64,000 nt of DNA from Callorhinchus milii (GCF_018977255.1 NW_024704743.1:109432001-109496000); one strand, 5' to 3'. Counted from the stretch's first letter, positions 1 to 11,766 are shown. Notes: a model not told the origin generated them from the sequence alone. Numbers and translations: made by a program.

Positions 1-69
1 AAAATGTCCAAAGTTTATTTTTAAAATGGTATTTTCTGTATTTTCTGTAGGTACACTGAAGTATATTAA

Positions 70-460
70 GAATATTTGCATTTGATATTGCACCTCTCAC
101 ACTGTTGAGGTATCTCAAGGCACTTCACAAGATTTTACTGTGACAAGTAATGACTGTAGTTACTTCCAGACAAATACAGCAGCCATTTTCTCACATCAAC
201 GTCCACGAAGTTATAAAGTGAATGACCAATTTTATCTGTCAGACTGTTGGTCAGAAACATTTTTTTAAAATAGTGCCAAGAACAGGCACAGATGAAACAT
301 TGGCTTAACATTTCACCTGAAGGACAGTACCTCTAACAATATAGCACAGCTCCAGCACCTTACGAGTGTCAGCCTAGCCTACAAACTCAAAGTCCTGAGG
401 TAGGGCTTCACTTCCCAACCTTCTGTCTCAGAGGCAAGAATGCTATCCACTCTGACACTT
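70..460 (-). mobile_element. Deu-type SINE, family B (AmnSINE/SacSINE-like), degenerate
   Basis: tRNA-like head remnant at ~410-450, Deu-like body, ATCAAATGCAA tail on minus strand. Confidence 0.7.
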
Positions 461-1837
461 GACACCAGTACTAATGAGAATATATTTGGGTGTGTTTTCT
501 AAGTAGGCACAACATACGATGATTTTAATGACAAACATCCAAGTATTATAGGAACTTGATCTTATGATTCTATTTTCTGGCACATTTGCAAACTGATCAA
601 GATGGGTGCTGACATGCGAAATTTAAAAAGGTTCTGTCTGAGCTGTTTGAGAGGAGGAGGGAGTAGAAAATGAATCTGCAATCAACAATTTCAAGAGAAT
701 GAGGCAGCATGCAGTATTAACTTCTATGGTACTGACTCATTCAAATTTCTAACATGCAACTCTTAAGAGAATGCTTAATATACTCTTAACTGCAATGCGC
801 CTCGCAATTGAGATGTTGAATGTAGTTTCTTCACATTGCCTATGCCGGTTATGAATATAAATGATTTGTCAATTTAGTTCAAGTTGCACTTAGCGAGAAT
901 TTTCAGCATAATCTGGCAGGTAGTACATGTGGCAGGTCTGTTTATAATATTATATTAGTCACTGTTTTTAGCTTTAATTGCTTGAAACTTGAATAGACTA
1001 ATCTCTAGGTGATATGCAATACCTACCGCTTGCTGTGTTGAATACAAATTAGTATCGTTTGGATAAATGTTGCTTTTAACCAGTTTGCAGCTGATTGTTT
1101 TGAATTAAATGGATCCTATAATAAAATACTTACTATCTAAGGTGTCTAATGTTGAAAGTTTTCATTTAGCATTCTTATTCTTAGACTTTGCACTTAAGTG
1201 AAAATTCGAAAATTACCCCTAAAATTTGTTCTTGAAATAATTGCATCCAGACATTGCATTTGTGAATCGGTTCTTGATACTATATAATTTGTACCTCCTT
1301 TACGCACTGATTCAGTGCAATTGTTCAGATCACTTTGAGAAGGTGTTACTCATGACAAGCTTGAATTTGAAAGACCATCTAGTGGCCTAAGCTATTTCTT
1401 TTGTTTAGTGTTGAATGCTGAATTACATTATTTCACATGATTCATAGGAATCAGTGCATCAGCCAGAGACGTCATTCAAAACATTTACTTTTTTGTCGAC
1501 TTTCTTGGCTGAAATCACAAGATGTTTTTCTTCTTTGACCCAACCTCTTTTTTTGTTTCCACGGCCGTTGCAATTTTTAAATATGTGTGTGTATGTGTGT
1601 TTTCATTACCAACGCAGGGCNTTTTTTGGTTGCTTTTCACTCCACCTTGATACGTTAGAACTTTTGATGTATGACATCTGAATCATCCACAATTGGGGTT
1701 TTCAAGTAGGTGGACATGTTCAAAGATGTATAAACTCTTCCCTGAGAGACAGGTCCAATGGAGTCTGAACCAAGTCAGCCATCCTCTGACTCGACTTGGG
1801 AATGAGTTTTTGTGGTGCAGACTCAAAAAGCTTGTCA

Positions 1838-2257
1838 TAATAATAATAATAATCCTTGCACTCGATATAACTTAATGTTGTTGCAACATCTCAAAGAATT
1901 TACTGTGAAGTATGGTGACTGTATTTTGTAGGCAAATATACAGCAGCCATTATATGCACAGCAACATCTTACAAACAACCATTGAATAAATGAATAATTT
2001 TATCTTGGGGATTGTTGACCAGGTCGCAGGAAGTAACTCAATCTCTTTTTTGAGTGCTGCTATGGGCTCTTTAACATCTCCCTGAACAGGCAGATGGGAC
2101 CTCAGTTTAATGTCTCATCCGAAAGATGGCAACTCTGGAACTCCCCCAGCACCGAGTGTTGACCTAGACTATGAGTTCAGTGTCCCGATGTGGGGCTTGA
2201 ACCCACAACCTTCTGACTCAGAGGGAAGAGTGCTACCAATAAAACCAGGCTGACATC
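1838..2257 (-). mobile_element. Deu-type SINE, family B, near full length
   Basis: Minus strand reads GTCAGCCTGGTTTTATTGGTAGCACTCTT...GGGTTCAAGCCCCA head, TTTCGGATGAGACATTAAACTGAGG body, (TTA)n tail. Confidence 0.85.
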
Positions 2258-2762
2258 TTGGCCTCCATAGGTGTCACAGTGAAGGGAATATCAAAACTAG
2301 GTTCTAGTGGTGAAGAGACAGTTGTTAGATTCCACCTAGGTCTACTTTTCTTCTATTAGCGCAGCATTTCAGAGCATCCAGAATATGTTAAACTCTCACA
2401 TTTAGTCTTTAGAATGTTCTTTTAAGAATTAAAGAAACCAAACCAAGTTAAAACCGACTTCAATAAATTGGCAAATTCCCCACGCTCTGAAATGCTGCAC
2501 CAATAAGAATAAACCTACACCCAGGTGGAATTTCTACCCAACTGTGTCCCAACACACTGCTGGAAACAGTCACTTGATATTCGGCTTAATTACTTTGGCA
2601 CAGCTCCTTTAGTGTACCATAATTTATGGTGCTGGAGAAAGCTACGAGCCTCACTGATTCTGAACAGGAATATTTTTTTCTCTCCTACAGAGAGACATGG
2701 TTTCTGAATCTGAGATCTGTCTGTATGAAAGATCTAATTCAGTCACTTTTCTTTCATTCCAG

Positions 2763-2835
2763 CTAAAGAAGCAGTATCCTCAATTTCCGCTGAAACTTCC
2801 TGCAAAAAGAATATTTGGAGACAACTTTGATCCAG
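2763..2835 (+). CDS. SGK3: SGK3 coding exon (PX domain), first found in window
   Basis: ag|CTAAAG...CCAG|gt; translates LKKQYPQFPLKLPAKRIFGDNFDP, matching the vertebrate SGK3 PX motif PAKRIFGDNFDP; 73 bp, phase 0/1. Confidence 0.95.
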
Positions 2836-4302
2836 GTAAAGTTGGTTATGTGTAAAACAATAAATGCTTCTGAAGTGATTTACAATATAATCCAGTTGAA
2901 AGGTACCAGATTAAGCCTTTCTCCTTCCCTGCCAAGTAAAAATTATTTTTATCATTTAAACCTTTTGTTCTTTAAGTGAATTCTATGTTTTTTAATGCTC
3001 TTGTTAAGTGATAACTGAACCTTTTATCAAATGTAACATTGTTTCTTGACTTTCATATTCAATGCCAGAGTGTGGTGGTGCATCATTGTACTTGGTCAAA
3101 CAATCATTTCAAGTGTGATGTGGGTTTCCAGTGTTACAGATTCAAGCTGCTTCCTAAGGTTGTGGGTGAGGGGCAGGCAGGTGGAGGGAGTGAGAAGAGA
3201 GACAGTGTTGCCCTAGTGCCCATAAGTGGTGGGTCGCTAGGGCGAGAAGTGGCTCGGTCTCTCCTCCCCCCAAAAAAAAATCTATTTGCAGCTCAGCTCT
3301 TTAAGGGGAGCTGGAGGGGAAACCCTGAGGAGGACGATAGCCAGTCCTCCAAGCAGCCCCAACCCACAGCACCCGCAGGCCCTCTCTTGTCCCTCTTTTA
3401 GCTCGGTGGTGCAATTTTACCATTTACAATTTTATCTGTTTTATTAAAAAAACAGTAAGATCAGATCTACAACAGCTCAGCGACTATTCTGTGGAAGATG
3501 TTTTGATTGTGCTGTGTACATTCACCAGTGTAACTTAGAATTGCAGAGCAGAAGTCAATACATTTTTTTCCGCCTTTGAGCTTTCATTTCAACTTGAAAG
3601 AGGAAGGTTTTGGCACTCTTACTTAGCACACACTTTGAGAAGGAAGCTGTTCTAGCTGTGATCAGAATGTCTCCCGATTCATTTCACTGTCCCAGACCAC
3701 TGAGCCGTTGTTGATACAAGTGCTAGAATGAGAAGCATCTATTGTATGCTCTTTATGAGTTGCCCTACTGGACTATCACAAGGAACTCATTATAAATGAA
3801 GGCGATTTCCCTTTGACTTCTATCTAACATCTGCTGGAATGTAAAAAGACGTGCCACTGCAGATTTTATATATACCTCTTCTTTGGAACCCCCTCCCTCA
3901 ATCAACCTCGTCCCTTTTTATCCGTCATTAAGTCTCACCTTAATACCCATCTCTTCGACCGTGTCTATGCTCCCTGTCACTTGGCATCCGAACCATGCTT
4001 GTACAGCGCTCTGAAACGTTGCCCTAAGTGAAGGGTGGTGTATAATTATTAGTTGTTGCCCGATTTCATTTACTCTGTTGTATGATATGTATAATATCAT
4101 TAATTTAATGATTTGCCAGCCCAATGGCTTTTTACACTGTTAAAAGAATTGAATCCAGGATAAGTGCATTCTAAAAACCCAGTAAATTATGCTGACCGGT
4201 CGATTTACTTATAGTTACTCAATGTGTAGGCTCGATTGTTAGTGCTTATAGATTGAAATAACTTTCAAAATCACCTATTAAACAATGCACTGCAGTTAAA
4301 AT

Positions 4303-4683
4303 GGAATCCTGGAGCATATTGGTTAGAGCATTTGCCTCGCAAGCGAGAGGATCTGGGTTCGATTCCCAGACAAGGCGAAATGTTAAGCAAGTTTCCTTAC
4401 TCCACACGCCTCTGTTTATCTAGCAGTAAGTAGGAACCCGGTTGTTAGTCGATTGGGGGATTGCTTTTCTGCGGTTAATAATCCCTTCATAAAAAAGTAA
4501 TAAAAATTACTTTAGGTCACTCTTAGGTCACTCAATCCATGATTATTTGTGAGACACTGCTGTGCAAAATTGGTTGCCCACAAAGGTATACAGTCAATTC
4601 ACTTTACAGTATATTCTGTGATGCGCAATGAGACATTTTGAAGACGTGATAAGACGCTATATCAAATGCAAGGATTGTTATTA
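4303..4683 (+). mobile_element. tRNA-Ala-derived SINE, family A, long form
   Basis: A/B boxes (GGTTCGATTCC), CORE-like segment, Deu-like 3' part, L2-type stem-loop and TTA tail. Confidence 0.9.
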
Positions 4684-5505
4684 ATATATAATGTAAATAT
4701 ACATGAAAATCCTTTTCATATGATTTAATTATCCTTCTCCCGGTTTTAAATTTCTGGAGGTTTTATTTTGAACTGAGCTTGCTGCATATTCAGGGACATT
4801 ACCACACGCTGAGTTTGTTTTTCTCAAACCAGAACATATTCTAATCTTAAAGGGAACAAGATTGAAACTCTCCCGCATGGAGTACTGCACTGGAGGAATG
4901 CTACTTCACGGCTCCATGCCGTGAAGTTCTGTGAAGTGATGACACTAATCCATGGGGGATAAAGTCAGAAAACCCAGCATTGGTGTGGCCTTTCTCATTC
5001 TTTAAATGTTAACTTTCCGATTCACCTCCAGCCCTGACTCTGGTGGTTGCCCTGATTTCACAGACACTGCTGCTATCTGAGGTGGTGCTTCTACATCCAG
5101 AGGCGACACCAGATCTGGCACAACACAACCCAGTAAGCTAAGTGGCTGCCGCAAGAGTGCTGGGTTTTTCTGGTTGGGCGGAGGTGTGGTAAGGACTGAG
5201 CATCTGTCCACCCCAACAGGCTAGCGAACGTTCAGAGATCCAGGTGTGGTAAAAATTTGCAAGTGGTGACCCAGGATCCTAAATGATTTTCATTGTTCCC
5301 GGTATACACGCATGCAAAGTCATCCCGGTGGATTCTGGTCAGTGTCAGCCTCGGGCTGCTGTAAAACCAGTTTTCAGATAGTCTGAGTGAAATGTAGCAT
5401 TACCTTGCCTTTTGTAATAGGGCTTTTGAGTGAGAGAGAGAAAGATTTTTTTTGTTGTCTCACAAGGCAATCTTTTGAATAACTTTTACCTGGAGTCCTA
5501 TACTT

Positions 5506-5819
5506 GGAGGCCTGTAGCTCAGTGGTTAGAGCACTCTCTTTGCAAGCGAGAGACGTGGGTTTGATTCCCGGCAGGGTGAAACCTTGGGCAAGTTTCCTTA
5601 CTCCACACGCCTGATAACAATCCCTCAAAAAAAAACAATAATAAATTGGTCACTTCAATCCACGATTGTTGGTGGGACACTGCTGTGCGCAATTGGCTGC
5701 CACATTTCACCCACAAATATACAATCAATTCACTTTACAGCATATTCTGTGAAGCGCTTTGAGATGTCTAGACGACGTAGAAAGCCCTGTATCAAATGCA
5801 AGGATTATTATATTATTAC
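5506..5819 (+). mobile_element. SINE family A, short form
   Basis: TGTAGCTCAGTGGTTAGAGCA A-box head; same body and tail; lacks the internal ~60 bp. Confidence 0.9.
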
Positions 5820-6084
5820 TACCTGGCCACCTAAGCTAGTCCCATCAGTACAAGAAACACTCTTTCCTTCTCTAAGTGAGCAGTGGGAAAAGGATGGCTG
5901 TGGAAATTGATTTGTAATCAACCTTGACGCTTTCTTGTTGATCGTCATTTTCAAAGGAGAAATTATAAGCAAATTATTAATAAACAAAACCTACTTCCAG
6001 GTGGGTGGGTGGGTGAGTGGTTGGAAGTGCATTCAATTGTGCTTGAGGGGAGCAAAGGGGCAGGACAAATCATTGTTGTCCATT

Positions 6085-6345
6085 TGGACAGTGCGGTTGA
6101 AACCATTCCAACAGTTGATTTGGCACACAACACATACTTTACCATATGTTAAACTTGGCTGCCACGTTTGCCCACAAAACAGTCACTGCACTTTGTAGTC
6201 TATCCTGTGAAGCGCTTTGAGGCATCCTCCTGATGTAAGACTATATCAAATGTAAGTACCATTATTATTATAAAATAATATCCATAAGTGACTTGGGACG
6301 ACCTTCTAACATGAAAGGCGCTATATAAATGTAATATGTTGTTGT
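6085..6345 (+). mobile_element. SINE 3' fragment followed by an L2 3' tail fragment
   Basis: GTGAAGCGCTTTGAG...attattatta, then TTGGGACGACC...AAAGGCGCTATATAAATG...gttgttgt. Confidence 0.65.
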
Positions 6346-6625
6346 AATGGATATTCCACTGTAATTTGCTATTTAAGACACTCGATTGTTATCTGCCACT
6401 AGAGGGCTCATGCATTTTCAATTCAATTGCCAACAATCATGTCCATTGATGCAGGGTGATGTTGAGGCAAAAACAATTCTGATAAGTAAATTAATCTGTT
6501 TTTGACTGTTAGGTGCGTCTCAATCGCAAACATTTTGATTGGATGAATGCTTCATAATTTTTAAATTTTTTATTTTAAAAGCATCTCAATGTAGGAGTTT
6601 TTTTCACTTTTTTTCTTTTCAACAG

Positions 6626-6701
6626 CCTTCATTAAGCAAAGAAGAGCAGGGTTGAATGAGTTCATTCAGAAACTGGTTTCCAATCCAGAGTTAAGTGAAC
6701 A
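6626..6701 (+). CDS. SGK3: SGK3 coding exon (PX domain)
   Basis: cag|CCTTC...GAACA|gtaag; (A)FIKQRRAGLNEFIQKLVSNPELSE; 76 bp, phase-compatible. Confidence 0.95.
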
Positions 6702-6901
6702 GTAAGTTTCACCCTATTATTTCTCTGAAATGCTGGTGATACTAACTTTAAGTGGTCTTTTGCAGTAGCTGGAGTAAGTGTTGTGGAGGAGACAGTAAAC
6801 AATGCCAAATAGCAATTAATTTCAACGACTCATTCCTTCTCCACTTTCTGTTCTGCAGAAATAGAAAGAAAGTCTCTAAGTGAAATTGGGTTGAAATGAA
6901 A

Positions 6902-6980
6902 TCAGAAAATTCTGTAAATCCTTAGCATCTGAAAGCAGAAGAGAAGTTAAGGTTTCGGGCATGACCCTTTGTTGGAACTG
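6902..6980 (-). mobile_element. Penelope-like terminal-repeat remnant (degenerate hammerhead region)
   Basis: Resembles the shark repeat motif CAGAAAATGCTG...GTTAACGTTTCGGGTC...GACCCTT...AGAACTG, recalled rather than searched. Confidence 0.5.
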
Positions 6981-7089
6981 AAACGGTGAACTGGAGTTCC
7001 TCTCTAGAAAAGAGTAGGGAAGGGAGAGGAACAAAACATAATGTCAAGAAGTTTTTAAAAAAGAAATCAAGAGGCAGCTGAGAGTCATT

Positions 7090-7372
7090 AAGAGGAGATT
7101 ATTAAATGTTCATGGGAATGTTTGGGGAAAAAAACAAGTGACTGAATAAGGCAGTTTAAGACGATGTAAAATGCAGTACTATTCACTACTTGTTGCCAGA
7201 AACTGTGTTTGAAGCAGAAAGCATCAATGTATTTAAGAGGCAACTCAATGCATACATGAGGGAGAAAGGAATGGAGGCACATAGAAGAAATTAAGGCTTG
7301 TCTTGTGTGGAGTATAAACCGGCACAAAATAGTTGGGCCGAATGACCTTTTTCTGAGCTGTACAGTCTTTGT
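7090..7372 (+). mobile_element. CR1 LINE 3' fragment
   Basis: GAAGCAGAAAGCATCAATGTATTTAAGAGG...GGGCCGAATGACC; homologous to 55270-55745. Confidence 0.7.
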
Positions 7373-8009
7373 AAAGTTACACAGTTTAAAACAAAAAGGA
7401 GAAATGAAAAATACTCACATAACCGTTCGAAATAGACTCATCATTAGTGCTCCCTGGAATCCTCCTAAACTTCTGTTTTTGATTATTAACTTTAGAATTC
7501 AGCAGATAATATTGAAGGGTTATTTCTATTGCTCAGCTTTACCTGTGCTGATTCCCATCTTTTTAAACTAATTCAAGAGTATCAATATAAATGAAGAGTT
7601 CCCAAAACCATAGTTATTTAAACTAATGGTTGCAGGCTGAATGTTAACCAGAAGTTGAAGAACCGAACAAGTTGATGTCTCCACTTCAGCTGACTATGAA
7701 AGATTCCCATTGTTGTAGTTGTCCTCATGAAAGTTGGATGGTTCAGCAATGTTCGAATTCAGTGAGCTTAAATTATTTTGCCCAAAAGGCAATATTCCTG
7801 ATGTTTTTAGTTTTGTTTTTTGGAATTTTTTAATTAAAAATAACTATTGAGATGTTGGAATGCAACTGTATGGTTTTGCACCACACTTGATGTTTTGGAA
7901 ACATGGGTGCCAGCGTAACTCTTTATCTTACTTATAATATATTGTTTCTTAAGAACCTCAAAACAGCCTATGGTTAAGGGAATTTGCTATTGTGTGTTTT
8001 CTGATTTAG

Positions 8010-8097
8010 ACCCGATGTCCGAGCATTCCTTCAAATGGACAACCCAAAAAATCAGTCAGATCCTTCCGAGGATGAAGATGAAAAGACTGGCCAAATG
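8010..8097 (+). CDS. SGK3: SGK3 coding exon (PX end/linker)
   Basis: tag|ACCCGAT...CAAATG|gt; (Q)[29 protein letters not shown]; 88 bp. Confidence 0.95.
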
Positions 8098-8409
8098 GTA
8101 CTGTACATTGCAAAGTTTGGTTCACNTTTTTTTCAAATGTATATATTTGTTACCTCAGAGGTCTAACGTTCAGTTTCTCCTTCCCTCCTTCCCACACTCA
8201 TCCTACCAGGAAATTTGTCTTAAATTGTTTTCGCAATTGTTGTCCATCCACTGGAGGACAATTCCAAAGACTTCAATACTTTGCCCAAGTATCCACAAGA
8301 ACAACAACAATTCAATAAAATTATCCAGTATTCATGTGTGATCCTATTTAAATGTGAGGTTGGGCAGTGACATCTGAGCCCAATCTTGTCCTCAACTGAC
8401 ATTCATATG

Positions 8410-8760
8410 CATTTTCAGCCTTCAAAGTGAGGATCTAATTGAGGTGTATCAAATTTTAAGTGCGATTGAGAAAGTAAACCCAGAACAATACTTTAGGAAC
8501 CACAACAATACTTTAGGATAAGGAGGAACAAGAAGACGTGGGTTTAGAGTTGCAAAGGGCAATTGCAGAACAGGTATCAGAAATAATGAACAACTGGAAC
8601 AGGTTGACAGAATGGGTGGTTGAGGCTTGGACACTGGACTCGTTTTTTTAAAAAAAACAGCTTGATGCTGTGATGGGAGGATGGTAGTGTGTATGTTCTG
8701 GAAAGATGCAATCAAATGGCCAAAGGGCTTCCTTCTTTGGAACTGATCTTGTGATGTATC
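8410..8760 (+). mobile_element. CR1 LINE 3' fragment
   Basis: GATCTAATTGAGGTGTATCAAATT (RT C-terminus-like); shares AAACCCAGAACAATACTTTAGG...GGGCAATT with 30265-30560. Confidence 0.7.
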
Positions 8761-9053
8761 TTTCGGGGGGACGGATTCTCTTGTAAGGATTCGGAAGCAG
8801 TGGCTGATTTATATCTTCTCTAAACGAGGGGCATGAAGGCTGATTGCAGCACCAGCTGAGATCAGCTACCTCACAGCAGACTGGTGAGGTCTGTTGAATC
8901 TGCAATCTTTTCCCAGTCTGTATAACTTGCAGTGCTGCATTTAGTGCTGTCTTTACCTTCTAGGCTAGATTAACCCTGCTGTCAGGTGCAGTAATCTGAT
9001 TGAATGTCCTGACTGGCACAGAAATCTAAGATTGTTTTATTTTATTATTATAG

Positions 9054-9103
9054 CAACATTCTACCTCTGAAAGCATTTACCTTGGTGCCTCAGGAAATCC
9101 ACA
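9054..9103 (+). CDS. SGK3: SGK3 coding exon (linker)
   Basis: tag|CAACAT...CCACA|gtgag; QHSTSESIYLGASGNP (human LHSTSQNINLGPSGNP); 50 bp. Confidence 0.9.
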
Positions 9104-9333
9104 GTGAGTATTCTTATATTTCTTGAATTTACTTTTCTTAATGTAAAACTCAGATATTCTTCCTGTTTTTTTGATTGCAGTACATATAATACAAATTTAC
9201 ATTTATATAGTGCTTTTCACATCAGGTGGCTTGATTTGGTTTCTTGTGCTTTTGTGAGTTATAAACGGTTAATTAATCCCCTACATCCACAGGCGCTGGT
9301 TGCACTTACAGAATGCTTTTGGGTTTGTTTCAG

Positions 9334-9391
9334 GGCAAAGCCAACGGACTTTGCTTTCTTGAAAGTAATTGGCAAAGGAAGCTTTGGCAAG
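9334..9391 (+). CDS. SGK3: SGK3 coding exon (kinase Gly-rich loop)
   Basis: cag|GGCAAAG...GGCAAG|gtaag; AKPTDFAFLKVIGKGSFGK; 58 bp. Confidence 0.97.
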
Positions 9392-9694
9392 GTAAGATTG
9401 CTGACACAGCTTTACTTTTCACTGTGTGTTTCAAAGACGTCTATATTAATCTGGGTCTTCATTTGCAATATTTCTGAATACCATTCCTTAACACTGCATT
9501 TGAGACATGCAAATGTAGCACACCTTTTGGAAACTCAAAGTACATGACATCACATTACCCCATAGAAACTCTGCTCCAACGGGATCTACTTCCAGGAAAG
9601 TGTTCCCGCGAGTCAGCAGGAATTCTAATGTGTAAAGAGTACCCCTGTGAGTTGCATCCCATTGTGTATCTAACTCTTATTTTTCTTTCGTCAG

Positions 9695-9778
9695 GTTCTG
9701 CTTGCTAAACACAAAATGGACGGGAAATTTTATGCGGTCAAAGTCTTACATAAGAAAGTAATCCTAAAGAGAAAAGAG
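9695..9778 (+). CDS. SGK3: SGK3 coding exon (ATP-binding Lys)
   Basis: cag|GTTCTG...AAAGAG|gtaac; [28 protein letters not shown]; 84 bp. Confidence 0.97.
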
Positions 9779-9872
9779 GTAACTTTTAGACATTTACTTG
9801 TTATCAAATCAGTTTTTAGTGTTAATTTTTTTTCCTTGCTCATTTTGTTTTTCTGTGTTTTGCACACTGCAG

Positions 9873-10004
9873 CAAAGGCACATCATGGCTGAACGTAATG
9901 TGTTGCTGAAAAATGTGAAACATCCCTTCCTTGTTGGGCTTCATTACTCATTCCAAACTACAGACAAGCTCTACTTTGTCCTGGACTTTATTAATGGTGG
10001 AGAG
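9873..10004 (+). CDS. SGK3: SGK3 coding exon
   Basis: cag|CAAAGG...GGAGAG|gt; [44 protein letters not shown]; 132 bp. Confidence 0.97.
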
Positions 10005-10631
10005 GTTTGTACTGAGACATGAACTGAGACATTTTACCCACAAAATACGCAGTCAATCCACAGTCAGATTCATGGTAGTTGAATTAATTTACATTTGTCA
10101 GTCACCACTACCTGCAGTGTTTGCTTGATAGCAACAAATGGACATGTTTTCTCACTTGGAGATAATCATATTGAACACCTTTCCACTGTTAACTCTTTCC
10201 ATTTTAGGGCGCATCCACTGCGTTCATTTGTCATGAAACCCAAAATATTCTATTGCATTATTCGTACAGGATAAAAGTGTTATTGTGAACACTTCCAGAC
10301 AAGACAGCAAAAAGGATTTTTTATATAGTAACTTAAGCGAATACTGGAGATTGTGGGGGAATTGCGAGCTGAGCAAATGTTCCCATTGTACAAACATCAC
10401 ACTTACAGGATGCCATTATGGTTACTAATACTTGTATGAGAGGAGACATTCAAAACCATTTGACAATTTTAATCCATCTGCTCAAAATAATTGGGGTTAT
10501 AATGCACAATTAGTTTGAAGAAATGGAAATATCAATCACATGTAAATAGATTACCCTCTGAAAGGTGAGAGAGTAAGATGGGAAACCTGTGGTCTTCTTG
10601 TTAACTTTAATGTATTTAAAAATATTTCCAG

Positions 10632-10744
10632 TTGTTTTTCCATCTTCAACGGGAACGTTGCTTCCCAGAAGCCAGAGCCAGGTTTTATGCTGCGGAAATA
10701 GCCAGTGCACTGGGGTACTTGCATTCACTCAACATTGTTTACAG
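10632..10744 (+). CDS. SGK3: SGK3 coding exon
   Basis: cag|TTGTTT...TACAG|gtaac; [37 protein letters not shown](R); 113 bp. Confidence 0.97.
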
Positions 10745-11366
10745 GTAACCGGATGCTTTAAATGTGCCAAGTATCACTACTGTTTACTATTATTAAGGTT
10801 TTTATGGTGGATTTTAAATTGATGCACCATTGATGCTGCGTTTACATTCTGTGGTATAACAATCAATATTTTGAAGCGTAACTTTCAACCTGATGGCTGG
10901 TCCAGTCAGCTGTTTTTTTGGGACTCTCCTCAATTGTGGATTGTCAGAGCAACATGTGTGGGATGGCAGTTGTGTCTGAGTGTACAATCCACAACAAATC
11001 AGTCCTGACTGAATGAGCAAAGATGCTGTGCTGACCGAAAGGAAGTTTGAAGGCTATCTCTGCCCACTGACTGCGCATATTGTGCATATTGAGCTTATTG
11101 ATTGTTTATGGCATACACTTGCCTCCTAGCACAATAGAAATGATTTTAAAAGCAACTGAATAAAACTTGTGTAAGTATCTTCTGTTTACAATGACATTGC
11201 AGCTCTGTTTTGCATGCATCTTCTATTGGGACTGCGGATGTAAACATTTTGTTGATCACAGGAAAACCATTGCGCATACTCCTCATTTGTGTGAAATAAC
11301 GTGTTAGTTATTTTTAATTTGAAAACCTACCTTTTTAAAAAATAACTTACACTTTTTTTGTAACAG

Positions 11367-11403
11367 GGATTTGAAACCAGAAAATATTCTTTTAGACTCG
11401 CAG
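11367..11403 (+). CDS. SGK3: SGK3 coding exon (catalytic loop)
   Basis: cag|GGATTTG...TCGCAG|gtatg; (R)DLKPENILLDSQ; 37 bp. Confidence 0.95.
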
Positions 11404-11766
11404 GTATGTACATGCATGGTTTACTTTGTTAATGAAGCAATTAGTTTCTTTCAGAATACTGATAGTGTGTGACATGGCACAGAGGTAATCTTCAAACTCC
11501 CTACTATGTGAGTTAAAAATGGTGAATTTAGTGAATAATAACGGTGAATTTGGTTGCTGAAGCTCTAAAGACTTGGTAATGTTCCCTACCCTCCTCATAA
11601 GTTTAGTTGCCCCTGGATTTATTTGGCCAGTTTAGTCATCTCAGTTTGCTTAGCCAGCTCCCCCCACCACCCTCCCAAAATTAAAAAAAATCTCGCCTCT
11701 TGTTTTAAAAGGTGTGTTTGATGTGGTTCTTGGATTTAGCAAATGCCGTTTGCTTTTATGTTACAG

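Noticed and set aside
41..70. ttctgtag|GTACAC as the upstream SGK3 PX exon
   Set aside because: The expected phase-0 frame hits TGA at the third codon and does not match VYKVLV..RRYAEF
5000..5370. GC-richer block with weak similarity to 36150-36385, possible RTE 5'UTR or HDV-like ribozyme
   Set aside because: Similarity limited to ~30 bp; could not build a P1-P4 nested double pseudoknot
5506..5580. Functional tRNA-Ala genes (also at 18066, 21039, 22091, 44001)
   Set aside because: These are SINE heads: no complete acceptor stem and always followed by SINE body and tail
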